DNA of 64,000 nucleotides from Hydrolagus colliei. Its lineage: Eukaryota. The first letter of the stretch is position 1; each line of letters starts with the position of its first letter. The translations under genes and the position numbers were made by a program. The notes beneath the pieces are model-generated. The model did no database searches. It was not told the DNA's origin and was given only the letters and a program-made list of their open reading frames with translations. The stretch lies in NCBI GenBank assembly GCA_035084275.1, contig CM068763.1, positions 10,912,001-10,976,000 on the forward strand, written 5' to 3'. Below are positions 1 to 11,924 of this stretch, one piece after another.

Positions 1-492
1 GGAGGAAGGGGAGAGGGGGAGAGGGGAAGAGAGGGGAGAGGAAGGAAGGGGGGAGAGGGAGGAGGGGGACAGGGGAGAGGGGTCAGGGGAGAGGGAGGAA
101 GAGGAGAGGGACAGGGGAGATGGAGGGAGACAGGGGAGAGGGAGGGGTGGGGGAGACAGGGGGAAGGGAGTGGGCGGTACAGAAGAGAAGGAGGGGAGGA
201 GGATGGAGACAGGGTGTGGAGTGGGGGAGACATACAGACAAAGACAGACAAAACACACCAAGAGAAAACAAGAGAAAACATGCAGGGACTTTCTCTTTAA
301 GGCTCAGCTATCATGCAGAGGATCTAGTTTCAGAGTGAGAGGGAGGAGGTGGGGGGGAGGGGGGGGGGGGGGGGGGAGGGTTATACCGGATGTGTCATTG
401 AATGTGTGAATCTGTATATTTGCAAACCACACATATCAGAAGCCAAACTGTTAGTGACACAGTATTGCACCAGAACTACATCAGTGTGGGGG

Positions 493-526
<34 letters not shown>

Positions 527-1421
527 CTTTACTACCTCAAATGCAAGTACCTGTATTATTATTATTATTATTAACACATTACACAGGCTGGTGTTAGTGA
601 TTGAGTTAGTGATTCTCTGTGGATCGCCCCCAAAAATAATCTGTTTCTTGTATTCAGTTTAGGATTTATATCATTAATTAGATTGATACAGATAGAGCTA
701 TAACAATAATACAGATAGATCTGTAATAATAATAATTATATAGATATATTGCCCCCAAAGGCACTATAACAGGCTGGAGTTTAGTTATTTTAAATAAGGC
801 TTCTCTATATGTGTTTCTGACTTGACAAGGAGGTGAGTGTGGCTGGTGTGGCTGTGAGAGTCTCTGTGTCTGTGTGTGTGAGTGTATGTCTGTGAGTGTG
901 TGTCTCACGACTGTGAGTCTCTATGTGTGCCTATGAAGCAATCTCCACTCGTTTGTGTGTGTGTGTTTGAGTCTCTAAGTACTGTACGTGCATGTGTCTG
1001 TATGCCTGTGTGTGTGTGTGTGTGTGTGTGTGAGAGCGTGTGTCTCGCTGTGTGTCTCTGTGTATGTGAGAGAGCCTGGCAGACAGTTTATTATATCAAT
1101 AATATTTTAAAAGAGTCGTATTTGAGTGTGGCTGAGAGGAGGCAGCGAATTTGGTGCGGGAAAACAGTGAAACAGTGGCAACGTTTTACTGCGTTCAATC
1201 TTAATATAGAAGCGAAACTGACAGAGAGTTCCAAGGACATTAGACTGAGAACAGACAGAGACTGTTCATTCCTGGCAAAGTTTTAACACAAGTGATCAAC
1301 CATTTCCTACAGTTGAGAAATTGCATCTTTCTGTATTTACAAAGTTAAAAGAAACAGTGAAAGGTGGAGATGGTCCCGGTGTTTACCAGGTGTCGTTGTT
1401 GCTTTTTGTTGACAGGTTGAC

Positions 1422-3848
1422 ATGAGACAAAGTGGGATGAAAACTCTTCTGCCTGTTTTGGTGGCATTTGGCTTCAGATTAGTGGTTGGTAAGTATCTTT
1501 ATTTGGTAGTTTTTGTTCCCTTCCGACCTGTTTTACACGAGGAAGGTTTATTGTTTGAGGATTACAAGATGAGCTACGTTTAGTAATAGAAGGTGAGGAA
1601 GTGTGTACAGTAGCCACTGTTGTTAGAATGAATTTCTAGACACAAATGATCATGTTATAACAGGGTGGGCATCTAGTTACTGCAGTAAACTGATAACTGG
1701 ACCCCAGCTTAACTTGTCAATAACACTTAAGTCATCATGCTGTCAGTGGCAACAATTATTTTTGTATTTATACTTAACCCGTCACTCAGGAAACTCTTCA
1801 CTAAACCTTATCCTTGGAGCGCCACATAAGTGCAAGTCCTTACTGGACTAATTGGAAGCTCACCAGATAATAATAATAATCTTTGCATTTGATATAGTGC
1901 TTTTCACATCTTACCGATGTCTTATCGATGTCTCAAAGCGTTTCACAAATGTATTGTAAAGTGAATTGACTATACAGCATATATACATATACACACAGAC
2001 ACATATATGTGGGTGAAACACGGCAGCCAATTGCACACAGCAGTGCCCCTACAAACAGTCACAAGTACACAAAACATCAAGTCCAAACAGATCTCCCTCC
2101 CCGCACCCAACCATCCCATGTGTCTCTCAAGTTGTAATATCCATCAAAGGGACACATGTGCTTCACTGAATAATCTCATGTTCTGACCCAGCTCATCAAT
2201 ATAATGTGTCCACAGCTGGATTTGAAGTGCGCGTCTCAAGAGAACCAGTAATTGCTATCCATGGACACTATGCAATTCTGGGATGCAGTTTTACTCCCAG
2301 TGGAACGTCAACACAGGGCGTTGTGATCACCTGGCTGCGTGAAGACACTAAGGAGACAGTTTACAGTTATTACTACAGCAAACACCAGCACAGTGTACAC
2401 AGTCCTCGCTATGTAGCACGGACCAGTCTATTCCCGGAGGAGATTATAAAGGGAAATGCCTCATTGATACTCAAAGGAGTGCGACCAGAGGACAGCGGAG
2501 AATATGGGTGTTATGTCAGCACAAAAAGTGAAGATGCCAAAGGAACAATCTCTCTACAATTCGCAGGTACATGTTTATTCACTCCGAGACATTAAGTCTG
2601 GATGAACGACATTATACAAATAGAAGTTGTATTTGTGTCACTTTTCACGGAATATACCGTCAAGTGAATTGACTGTTTACTTTGCTGGTGAAATGCGGCA
2701 GCCAATTACTCACAGCAGCGTCCCCAAAAACAGTCGTGGACAGGGTCGTGTTGGTGGTTGGGGGGATAGCTAGGGGTGGGATTTGGAGTTCAGATTTATT
2801 TTATTTATGTAGCATTTTAGAGCGTCCAGAATTTAGACATTCAGAAATACATTCATTTCTATGATTGTTATTTATTCAAGAGTAAATTTAGATCGCGGTG
2901 GAATCTCTTCCCCTACAAAGCTTTAACAATGTAATATTAGTGAGGCTATAATACAATATAAGTATAACATTTGTCATTAAGACTTTTCCAAGTTCATTAT
3001 CACTGCTTGTACCTAAAGACTGTTGTTCTATTCCCCAGCATATTACAGGGAACCCATTTTATCGATCCAATTAGGAAAAAATGCAACACTTTTTCGATTT
3101 GAATCCCAAGGCTTCCCTCAAGCTGTTATTTCCTGGTTCGATGAACAACACAAGGATATTTCTTCGCAAACGGACACTTTTTTCCAACGGAATGCAGACG
3201 GCCTGTATTCAGTGAGTAGCACTCTGGAAATTGCTGACACGAGAGCAAACTCTTCGAAATACACATTTACAATAAGCAATGACGTCTTGGGACAATCACT
3301 TTCCAGGACATTTGTATTGACTTCAGGTGAGTTATTTTACCCGAACTCTGCAATCCGTGAATCTCTCCATTTCCCAATGCATGGCTGCACATTCTGTTCT
3401 CTTGCACTGTCACTTAAGTTCTGGGTACACATTTCGCCCACACAATGTACAATCAGTACACATTACAGTGTATTTTCCAGGAAGTCTTGACAACATTAGG
3501 TTCAAATTACTATATATATTTTAAAAATGATTGTGAGAAACTACTACAAAGCTCAGCACTGAAAGCACGGGTCATGGAATAAAATAGATTTATTTTGTGT
3601 GTTTTACAGAAATCCAAAAGGAAACAGAATCGCCTGCCATTAGAAATCGCTGGATACCGGCAGTCATTCTCATGTTTATTGAATTAATAGTCATTTTAAT
3701 TCTGGTGATGGTGCTGTTCATAAAGCATCGTAACTCAACAGAACATAAGAAATGCCATCAAAATGGACAATGGACGACACCACAAAACCGTCAACCACAT
3801 TGTACTAATTTGAACCCCAGCACTGTCTGGCCTCCAGATGTTCTGTAG
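1422..3848 (+). CDS. B7-family/butyrophilin-like type I membrane protein (signal peptide-IgV-IgC-TM-tail), CD276/VTCN1/HHLA2-like, ~314 aa
   Basis: Exons 1422-1488 (MRQSGMKTLLPVLVAFGFRLVV), 2216-2566 (IgV: ILGCSF..ITWLRE..RTSLFPEEIIKGNASLILKGVRPEDSGEYGCYV), 3039-3326 (IgC-like: YYREP..QGFPQAVISW..NADGLYSVSSTL) and 3610-3848 (TM WIPAVILMFIELIVILILVMVLFI plus tail). All introns are GT-AG and phase 1; the 945-nt join is open. A possible non-coding exon ends at 832 (GAG|GTGAGT). Exact orthologue not determinable here. Confidence 0.88.
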
Positions 3849-4098
3849 TTGTTTGGAAGGATTGGTTGCATGGACACAAAGTATGATTGAAACCAAGCAA
3901 TCTGATGGTCTATTTTATGAGTACTGATATAACTCATGCTTGTTGTTGTCATGTGACTCAATGGTTAAAGCACTCGCTTTACAAATGAGAGATCTGGGTT
4001 CAAATCCAGGCAGGTCAGGGCGAAAGTGCCAAAGAGAGAGAAAAACAGCAAAATAGCTTTAGTTGCCACCGTAAGGTTTCACTTTTACACTCACCTGA

Positions 4099-5021
4099 TG
4101 TTCTACGAATCCCGAGATTTAGAAACAAAGTAAAAAATAAATGGCGCGTGTTTCAGTCGTCAATGTACTGTTCCAACCACCATAGACTTGCCTTCGATTG
4201 ATGGGTGAGGTGAAGCCCAGAGGTGATCAAGGTCACAGGTATGGACAGGCTTTAAGTCTACTTCTGAACAACTGAGGAGATCACAGCCAAACACGAACTC
4301 ACAGCACCTGCAAATGATGAAATGGAGTGAGCAAAATCATCCATATATACAACTAATTGTATTGTCTCACAAAGATCAGTCAAACTAGCAACAACGATCG
4401 ATCCCACAGGGCTCCCATTACCCAAGGTTCAGATTCTTTCCTTTCACCACCACAGAGAAACACCATTGCACATGATTTACAGTCCATCCAAAGGACAATT
4501 GCAGACTTTCAACCTTCAGCTGACTTAACTACTCACTCAGAACCAACTCAGCCAAGTTAACAATTCAGCAAGTCAACAACCCCAACTGTGGTCCCAATTC
4601 CGCCTGACCCAAGGGAACTCCACTGAACTCCCATTAATATCATTAGACAAGACAAAGAAGATGTTATAATATCAGAGATGAGGGTTAGGTTTGGACTGGT
4701 CAAAGGTCAGGAGGATTTCTGGATATATTTGGGAGAGAAGTCCAAGAGTTAAGTTAGAACTGTTAGACCTGCAATATCAGTGAGACCTGTTAGACCTACA
4801 GGACAGTCCAGATAAGGTCAAGTATAGCAGCAGACAGACAGAACACCATCTTGAGATCAACCGACGTTCGATTCAGTTGAATCCTGTTTTAACCGGTAGT
4901 ATACCTCTGTATTTTAACCAGTCTGTATTTCACACTATATGAGATTATTTATTAAAAACCGTACCTTTCGTTGAGGATTGTTGGGTCATCGTTTGAACTC
5001 TCGGGATCGGAAATCCCAACA
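4099..5021 (+). mobile_element. Candidate solo LTR
   Basis: Begins TGTT..ATCCCGAGA and ends TCTCGGGAT..AACA (imperfect inverted termini). ATTAAA at 4951 is followed by a U5-like tail. It lies between a SINE head (3955-4025) and a SINE tail (5028-5097). No clean TSD; boundaries uncertain. Confidence 0.35.
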
Positions 5022-5207
5022 AGCGTGTACTGTGAAGCTCTTTGAGACGTCTCGAAGACGTCAAAAAGCGCTATATCAAATGCAAGGATTATTATAAATA
5101 TATCTGCGCGCACAGCACCCCCCTCTGTAGAGAAGCCACATTACAGTGTCCGACAGACATACAGCACACCCAGGAGGCATTGAGAAGACATTACAACAAA
5201 CGCAAGG

Positions 5208-5222
5208 TTTATTTTGTTTATT
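5208..5222 (-). terminator. Tandem AATAAA poly(A) signals, probable FUCA1 3' end
   Basis: TTTATT at 5208-5213 and 5217-5222 (AATAAA on minus), about 1 kb downstream of the FUCA1 stop. Confidence 0.4.
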
Positions 5223-5564
5223 GAAATGCACACAGTAAACCAGGCTGACAGACTCATAACACCAGCTAGCTATTTGGGTCTTAAAAGACTTCCATTGCCT
5301 TCCAAGTAACAATGAAGCACTTTATAATAAGAGTTCTACGAGATGAAAATTTGTTCTTTTAAACAATTATAAGAATTATCAGCAAACGACACACATGGTC
5401 AATTATTTTTTGTGAAAAAAAAGTATTATTTAAAGTATTCCTTTAAGTATTTTCCGTGAATAAACAATAAGATCTTCCCTTTATGTGGCGGCCATCACAC
5501 AAGACATTGCACAGCGGCCAAACGAGTGGGAGAGAGAGCAGCGATCGGCAGGGGGAGAGGCGTA

Positions 5565-5900
5565 GCTCCTGTAGCTCAGTGGTTAGAGCAGTTGCTTTAC
5601 AAGCCTTAGAATTTTCGAATCCAGGCAGATCAGGGCAGAACTTTGGGCAAGTTTCCTTTCTCCGCACGCCTAATAATAATCCCCCACCCACCTCAGCCAC
5701 CGAAAAACAAACAAACGCAATAATAAAATTGGTCATTTCAACCCACGGCTGTGGGGGACGCTGCTGTGCGCAATTGGCTGCCGCGTTTCGCCCGCAAATA
5801 TACAGTCAATTCACTTTACAGTCTATTCTGTGAAGCGCTTTGAGACGTCGATAAGATGTGAAAAAGCGCTCTATCAAATGCAAGGATTATTATTATTATT
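5565..5900 (+). mobile_element. tRNA-derived SINE (dominant family), near full length, antisense in the FUCA1 3' region
   Basis: A-box TAGCTCAGTGG, B-box-like TTCGAATCC, body CTTTGGGCAAGTTTCC..CAATTGGCTGCCGCGTTTCGCCC, tail AAGCGCTTTGAGACGTC..CAAATGCAAGGATTATTATT. Confidence 0.9.
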
Positions 5901-6197
5901 ATGTTGCTCATCATTAAATCATGCTTCAGTAAGCACTCGCAAATTTAGGAGGAAGAAAAAGTTAAAAGACGCAAGCCCGAAAATCTGTTTGCTGCCGTTA
6001 CTTGCTTCGATCCACGCAGTAACTTGCAATACAAATGTCATGGCAGTCCAACGCAGTGTTTCAGATTAAGTGAAAACCCGTAGAGTTCAGAACCCAGCAG
6101 CCACGATAGGAAATCTAGCAACGTATCCCATCATCGCAAAGCCCGAGGGATGATGGCCACCCAGTGTTTCCCCTCTGCAGAAAGCGCCTCCCATCGC

Positions 6198-7804
6198 TTA
6201 GGAAACGCCATCCAGCTTCACCGTCCAACCCAGCCGCGAGGGCAGCGTAGACCAGGGAACAGACGAGAGCAGGACGGAGATGCCCTTGGGTGAAGAACGA
6301 GTCCACTTCAGCGGTTGCGCGACTCCCAGCATCGTCACCTGGACAACACCGAACGGAAAGGGTTAACGGCTCATCGAGCCACTCAGACATAAAACCCACG
6401 CAATGTGTTTAGCTCTATATGTTTCTCACTGTTCAACCTTCTACCCTAATAACAAGACGAACTCGGGTTTGATTCCCAGGCGGGCGAAACCTTTTCCATG
6501 TTTCCTTACTCCACACATACGCCCAGCAGTGTTTACCTAGCAGCGAGCGGGAACCAGCTTGTTGGTCGATTGTCAGATTCCTGTAACGTTTCTGTGGGTA
6601 ATCTCGATCCCTTCAAAAATGTTTTTAAAATATCAATAATAATTTGGCCACTCAACCCGCGACTGTTTGTCGGACGCTTCCGTGCGCGGTCGGCGGCCGA
6701 GTTTCACCCCCGAAACAGCCAGCCAATTCCCCTCACACTATATTCTGTGAAGCACTTTGAGACGTCTCAATTATGTGCTGAGGTGCTATCTCAAATGCAA
6801 GTATTTTCACTCGGATTATTAACTTGTGTGGGAGGAGAGGGAGGGGGGGGGAAGTGGGGTGGGGGTGGGGGGGTGGTGGGTGTTGGGGGATTGGAAGAGA
6901 AAGCAGATAAAGAAAGTAAATAGAATCCACTTGCGTTGGTTGCTGATGTGACCTTTGGTGATTCCAGTGTTAGAGTATTTGACTCCGGCCAGGATAGAAA
7001 CGTGGCATAAACGGCTGACCCTTTCGAGGTGTACCTGGCAACAAAGAGAGAGACGCAAGCGTAGAAGTAGAGACCAACAGCAACAACAGCCACAAAAACA
7101 AAATGACACTTGTATAGCGCCTTTTAAGTTAGGAGGACGTCCCAAGGCGCTGGACAGTCACCGTGACAGACTCGAGCTGGGGACAGAGTAGGAGAGGGAA
7201 GGGTGGGGGGGGGCATTAGGAGTTGCCGATGGGACTATCGAAGAGGAGAAACTTGAATCGGGACTTGAAGGAGGCCGGTGGGGGGGGAGAACGAGGCGGA
7301 GGGACTGCGGGATGGACTTCGGGATATCGCACGCAAGGATCATTGCCATTATGATTATTATTTACCACACTGTGTCCGTAGAGTTCTCCTTCTGAACTCG
7401 CCAGGGCTTTGAGGAGTACACAGCTTCCCCGTTGACGCGCAGCCATTGCCCGAGGCCGCGCAGTCTTTCTTGGAAGACCGGAGCGATGGTACCCTCTTTG
7501 GTGGGACCAATGTTGAGCAGAAAATTCCCCCCGAAGCTGATGGTGTCCAGGAAGCTCTGCCAGACGATAAAACGTCGATCAAACCAAGAAGAGGAAGAGC
7601 AACGACAACGAACGGCAACAACAACTTGCATTCAAATAGCGCTTGACGGTGTCGGGAGTATTGGCTGCCGCGTTTCGCCCACCGATACACAGTCAATTCA
7701 CTTGGGAATCATTCCATGTAGCTCAGAGCGCTCGCCTTACAAGCGCGAGATCTGTGTTCGAATCCAGCCGTGCCAGGGCGAAACTTTGGGTAAGTTTCCT
7801 TACT

Positions 7805-7836
<32 letters not shown>

Positions 7837-10800
7837 CTAATAATAATCCTTCCAAAAAATACCACAATAATAAAATGGGTCATTTTCAATCCACAACTGT
7901 TTGTGGGGACGCTACTATGCGCAATTGACTGCCACCTTTCACCCACAAATACACAGTCAAACTCACTTTAAAGTACTGTATATACCGTGAAGCACTTCGG
8001 GACGTCTAGAAGACGTTAAAAAGCGCTCTATCAAACGCAAAGTTTACTATTAATATTTGCAAAAGCGCCTTGCAAGTCAGGAGGTCACAAACACACACAT
8101 ACATGGAGAATGGTAGGCAGGTCCATTAGATCGTTCAGCTTCATGTCTCTGCGATAGCCCCACGATCTCTTGTCGATCGAGGTGCACATTTCCCACTTGT
8201 GGTTCTGCAGCTTGGTTGGGCTGTACTTGTCGGCGCAGTTGAAGAATCCGCCATGTTTGCAGGGGCAGCCAATGCCCCAGCGATCATTAGTCACGACCGT
8301 ATCCTGGCCACAGAGAGAACGCAACATGGGAGACTTTTTTTTTCTACACACACACACACACAGACACACACACAAGCGAGGGAGAGAGCCAGGTTCAATT
8401 CCACGCAGGGCAAAACCTCGGACAAGTTTCCTTACTCCACACGCCTGATAACGAGCCCTCCCCCCCAAAAAAAAACAGTTTCATTTCGATCCACGGCTGT
8501 TTGTTGGGGGACATTCCGCGCGCAATTGGCTGCTGTGTTTCGCCCACATTTAAATACAGTCAATTCACTTGACAGTGTATTCTGTGAAACGCTTTGAGAC
8601 ACAGTCTAGAAGGCGTGGAAAGCGCTCTATCGAATGCAAGGATCATTATTATTATTATTATCACCCCCAGTCCAGGAACACAAACAGAGCTGAATACATC
8701 TCAACAACAACAACTCGCGGGCAAATCAAATCAGGCCTTGACCTAATTACCTTGACGGGGCTATCGTTGTAAAGCCAGGCCAGAAATTCAGTGGCGTTCC
8801 AATAGGAAGGTGGTGCCTCCCATGCTCCGTCTGACCAGATTACCTCTGGTTTGTACCTGGGGGAAACAAATACATTCCCTTACCTACTCGACTGAAACCA
8901 TATTGGGGGGAAAAAAAAATACACAGTCACCGCACTTTACAGCAGGTTCTGTGAAGCGCTTTGAGACGTCCTCCCGACATTAAAGGTTCTGGACCAAATG
9001 TGAGGATGAATTAATGACTGTTATTATTATTATCATCATCAGGAGTCTAGAAGTCCTGTAGCTCAGTGGTTAGAGCGCTCGCCTTACAAGCACGAGACCT
9101 GTGTTCGAATCCGGGAGGTCAGGGCCAAACCTTACTCCGCACACACACGCGCGCGCCTAATAATAATCCCTCAAAACAAATGGTCACTCGAATCCACGAC
9201 TGTTTGTGGGACACTGCTGCCGCGTTTGGCCCACAAGTGTACAGTCAATTCACTTTACAGTGTAATCCGTGAAGCGCTTTGAGACGCCTGGAAGACGTGA
9301 AAAGCGCTATATCAAAATGCAAGGATTCTTATTATTATGAACTTAATGAGTTTCGGCCGCGACGGTAATGAATTACCTCATGACCAATTCGTAGAGTTCC
9401 GGCAGGGTTTTCCTCTTGACAAACTCCTGAGTCCTGAAGCCATTCTTTTTGTCGTTCAAGTACATAGGGTTGAACCATTCCAGCATGGAATGGTACAATC
9501 CGTAATGGATGCTCCTGTCCATTCACAAAGGAGTACATTAAAACAAAATGGTTGATTGGTGTACCAAATTTGAGAACAGTGACCAAATATTGCCAACACC
9601 TCACCCACCACCATGTCAGTACAATATTACAGCGAATGCATTAGAATAACAGACATGAAAATGGAAGTACAGTAGTGAAAGACACGTGATCTGTTAGACC
9701 GCTCACTTCTCTTGCAAGGTTAGGTAACGCATCGCAAACACAGCAATTCCAAAGTTCAACAATAAACTTTCATGGGGGTGCAAGTCAGCAAATCATGAAT
9801 TGCCTCTGCTTTAGTCAACCGTTTAATTGTCCCAAAGGGTGCCAGTTTCTCGTGAGAATTTGACAACACTGCACTCAACTGTCGAGAACGTAAATGACAG
9901 TACGACAACAACAAAATTAACAAATTTTACGGAGCGCCTCGCACGCTGGGAGGACGTATCCCAAGGCGCAGTAACTGTGTTCAATTTCGCTGCCGCGCTT
10001 AGCCCACAAATGTACAGTCGGTTTTCCTTCCCCCTCCCCCCCCCCCCCCTTTCTCTGGTCCCTACCTTGGGACGTTGTTGTATTCTGTGAAGCGCTTTGA
10101 GACGTTGATAAGATGTGGAAAGCGCCATATAAATGTAAGGATTATTATTATATTGTATAACTGACGACAAGCAATGGGTCATACCAACCGTTTTCGTACT
10201 GCAGTTGCCAGATCTCCTACCAGGTCTCGATGGGGTCCTGTGTCAACTGAGTTCCAATTCCAGGACACAGGAGATGGCCAATTGGTGAATCCCTCATGGT
10301 GTTTGCTGGTCAGAACCACATACCTAGAGCATGGAATAGACAGGCGGTGATCGCGGAGTTAAAAAATCAGCAAAACATGATTAAGGAAATCCAAACTGTT
10401 CCAATACCAGTTTGACTGGAAACCTTCAACTTAATCCACAATCACATCATAATAAATCCTTACAATGTATTGGGCCGGAAGGCAGCCTCCTCGGGCCTGA
10501 CATCCTGTAAATACTGTATGATAATCATTGCGTTTGATATTTGTTATACGCCCAAAACAAAGGCAGAACAATTCACTTTCGCAGCATATTCCGTGAAGCG
10601 CTTTGAGACGTGAAAAGCGCTATACCAAACGCAAGGATTATTATCGTGGACTCCTGTAGCTCAGTGGTTAGAGCACTCGCTTCGCAAGCGAGAGGCCCGT
10701 GTTCGATTCCAGGTCAGGGCGGAACGTTGGGCAAGTTTCCTTACTCCACACGCTGAATAATATTCCCTCGAAAAAAACATAATAATTAATTGGTCATTCT

Positions 10801-11924
10801 CAATCCATGACTGCATTGCGCCAGTCATATAAAATGAAGGATTATTATTATTATTATTATAATCTTTATCATCATTATTATTCACATCTTCTAGACGTCT
10901 CAAAGTACTTCACAGAATATACTGTAAAGTGAATTGACTGTGTGTATATTTGTGGGCGAAACGCAGCAGCCAACTATGTACAGCAGCGTCCCACAAACAG
11001 TCGTTGTTTGAAAATGACCAAGTTATCATTGCTTTTTTTTGGAGGGATTATTATTTGGGGTGTGACGTAAGGAAACTTGCCCAGGGTTTCACAATGAAAT
11101 AACAATTATTATTATTATTATTATTATTGTTACAACAACTTGCATTTATATAGTGCCCTCACTCCACGCCGGACGGCGTCTCAGAGGGCTTCCCGATAAC
11201 AGATCCCGGGGCCGAGCCAGGGACGGAAGAGGGGAGAAGGTAACCGATAGCGCGGTCGAGAAGAACGGTCTTTAGCTGAGACCTGAAAGTAGGAAGAGAG
11301 GGGTGCGGGGGGGATGGAGTGGGGGGGGGGGGGAAGCGAAGGGAATGAGGAAGGGATTCCAGAGCCTCGGGGCGTAGTGGCTGAAGGCATTATTATTATC
11401 CTCATCCTTACCCTACCTGGCTGGTTGCCCCGTTTGCAATGGGGAAGTGGATATACATTTACAGCAACACACTAATTATATAACTTAAAACATTATACGG
11501 ATTTTCGGAAGGGAGGGAGGTAGACAGGGTAGATACAGACAGACAGATAATCAATCAGTCACCTGGCCCCTGATGCCTCGAACAATTCTGCCCACTGATC
11601 CGGATCGAAGAATTCGGCTGTGAATTGCGAGGCGAAGTCCGCGTACGTGAAGCCAGGCTTGTAGTTCTCCTTCATGAATGCCATGATGTCGGGTCTGTGA
11701 ACATCTTGCCAGTCCCACCAGAACCATTCGCTGACAAAGCTCGGCACGGAGAACACCCCCCAATGGATGAAGATGCCAAACTTGCCCTCATCGTACCACT
11801 GGGGCAAAGGTCTGGCATCCAGGCTGGCCCAGTCTGGTGTGTAACGAGGGGTGGCCTCAATCCCTAACCAGAGAGACAACCAAACACAACACCCACAGCT
11901 CACAAATCTCAGCATCTTTGTCAT
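6198..11924 (-). CDS. FUCA1: Lysosomal alpha-L-fucosidase (GH29), 8 coding exons, ~457 aa
   Basis: Exons (minus): 11924-11563, 10323-10189, 9514-9377, 8856-8751, 8303-8103, 7556-7366, 7034-6935, 6338-6198; the 1374-nt join is open. Peptides [42 protein letters not shown] (nucleophile Asp), [10 protein letters not shown] (acid/base Glu), [31 protein letters not shown]. Internal exon sizes 135/138/106/201/191/100 match recalled human FUCA1. FUCA1 rather than FUCA2 is supported by sequence and neighbours. Confidence 0.93.
7075..7330 (-). mobile_element. L2 LINE 3' fragment in FUCA1 intron 6
   Basis: Minus strand encodes [21 protein letters not shown] (L2 ORF2 C-terminus), then the tail GCGCCTTGGGACGTCCTCC..AAAAGGCGCT and a (TTG)n-like end. 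Confidence 0.75.
7713..8052 (+). mobile_element. tRNA-derived SINE with internal (CA)n expansion
   Basis: Same head, body and tail as the family consensus; (CA)n at 7805-7835. Confidence 0.85.
9053..9338 (+). mobile_element. tRNA-derived SINE
   Basis: GTCCTGTAGCTCAGTGGTTAGAGCGCTCGCCTTACAAG..GTTCGAATCC head and family tail. Confidence 0.85.
10570..11090. mobile_element. Cluster of SINE pieces in both orientations (FUCA1 intron 1)
   Basis: + tail 10570-10645, + head/body 10650-10830, - body/tail 10860-11090. Confidence 0.8.
11110..11390 (-). mobile_element. L2 3' fragment with the second tail type (ACGCC-GTCC-GGCGT stem-loop)
   Basis: Minus strand TTTCAGGTCTCAGCTAAAGACC (FRSQLKT) and tail CTCTGAGACGCCGTCCGGCGTGG..GCACTATATAAATGCAAGTTGTTGT. 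Confidence 0.7.

Noticed and set aside
5565-5640. tRNA genes at the many GTAGCTCAGTGGTTAGAGC..GTTCGAATCC sites
   Set aside because: Each continues into the SINE body, there is no pairing 3' acceptor stem, and the anticodon-equivalent bases vary between copies (TAC/TGC/CGC). They are SINE heads.
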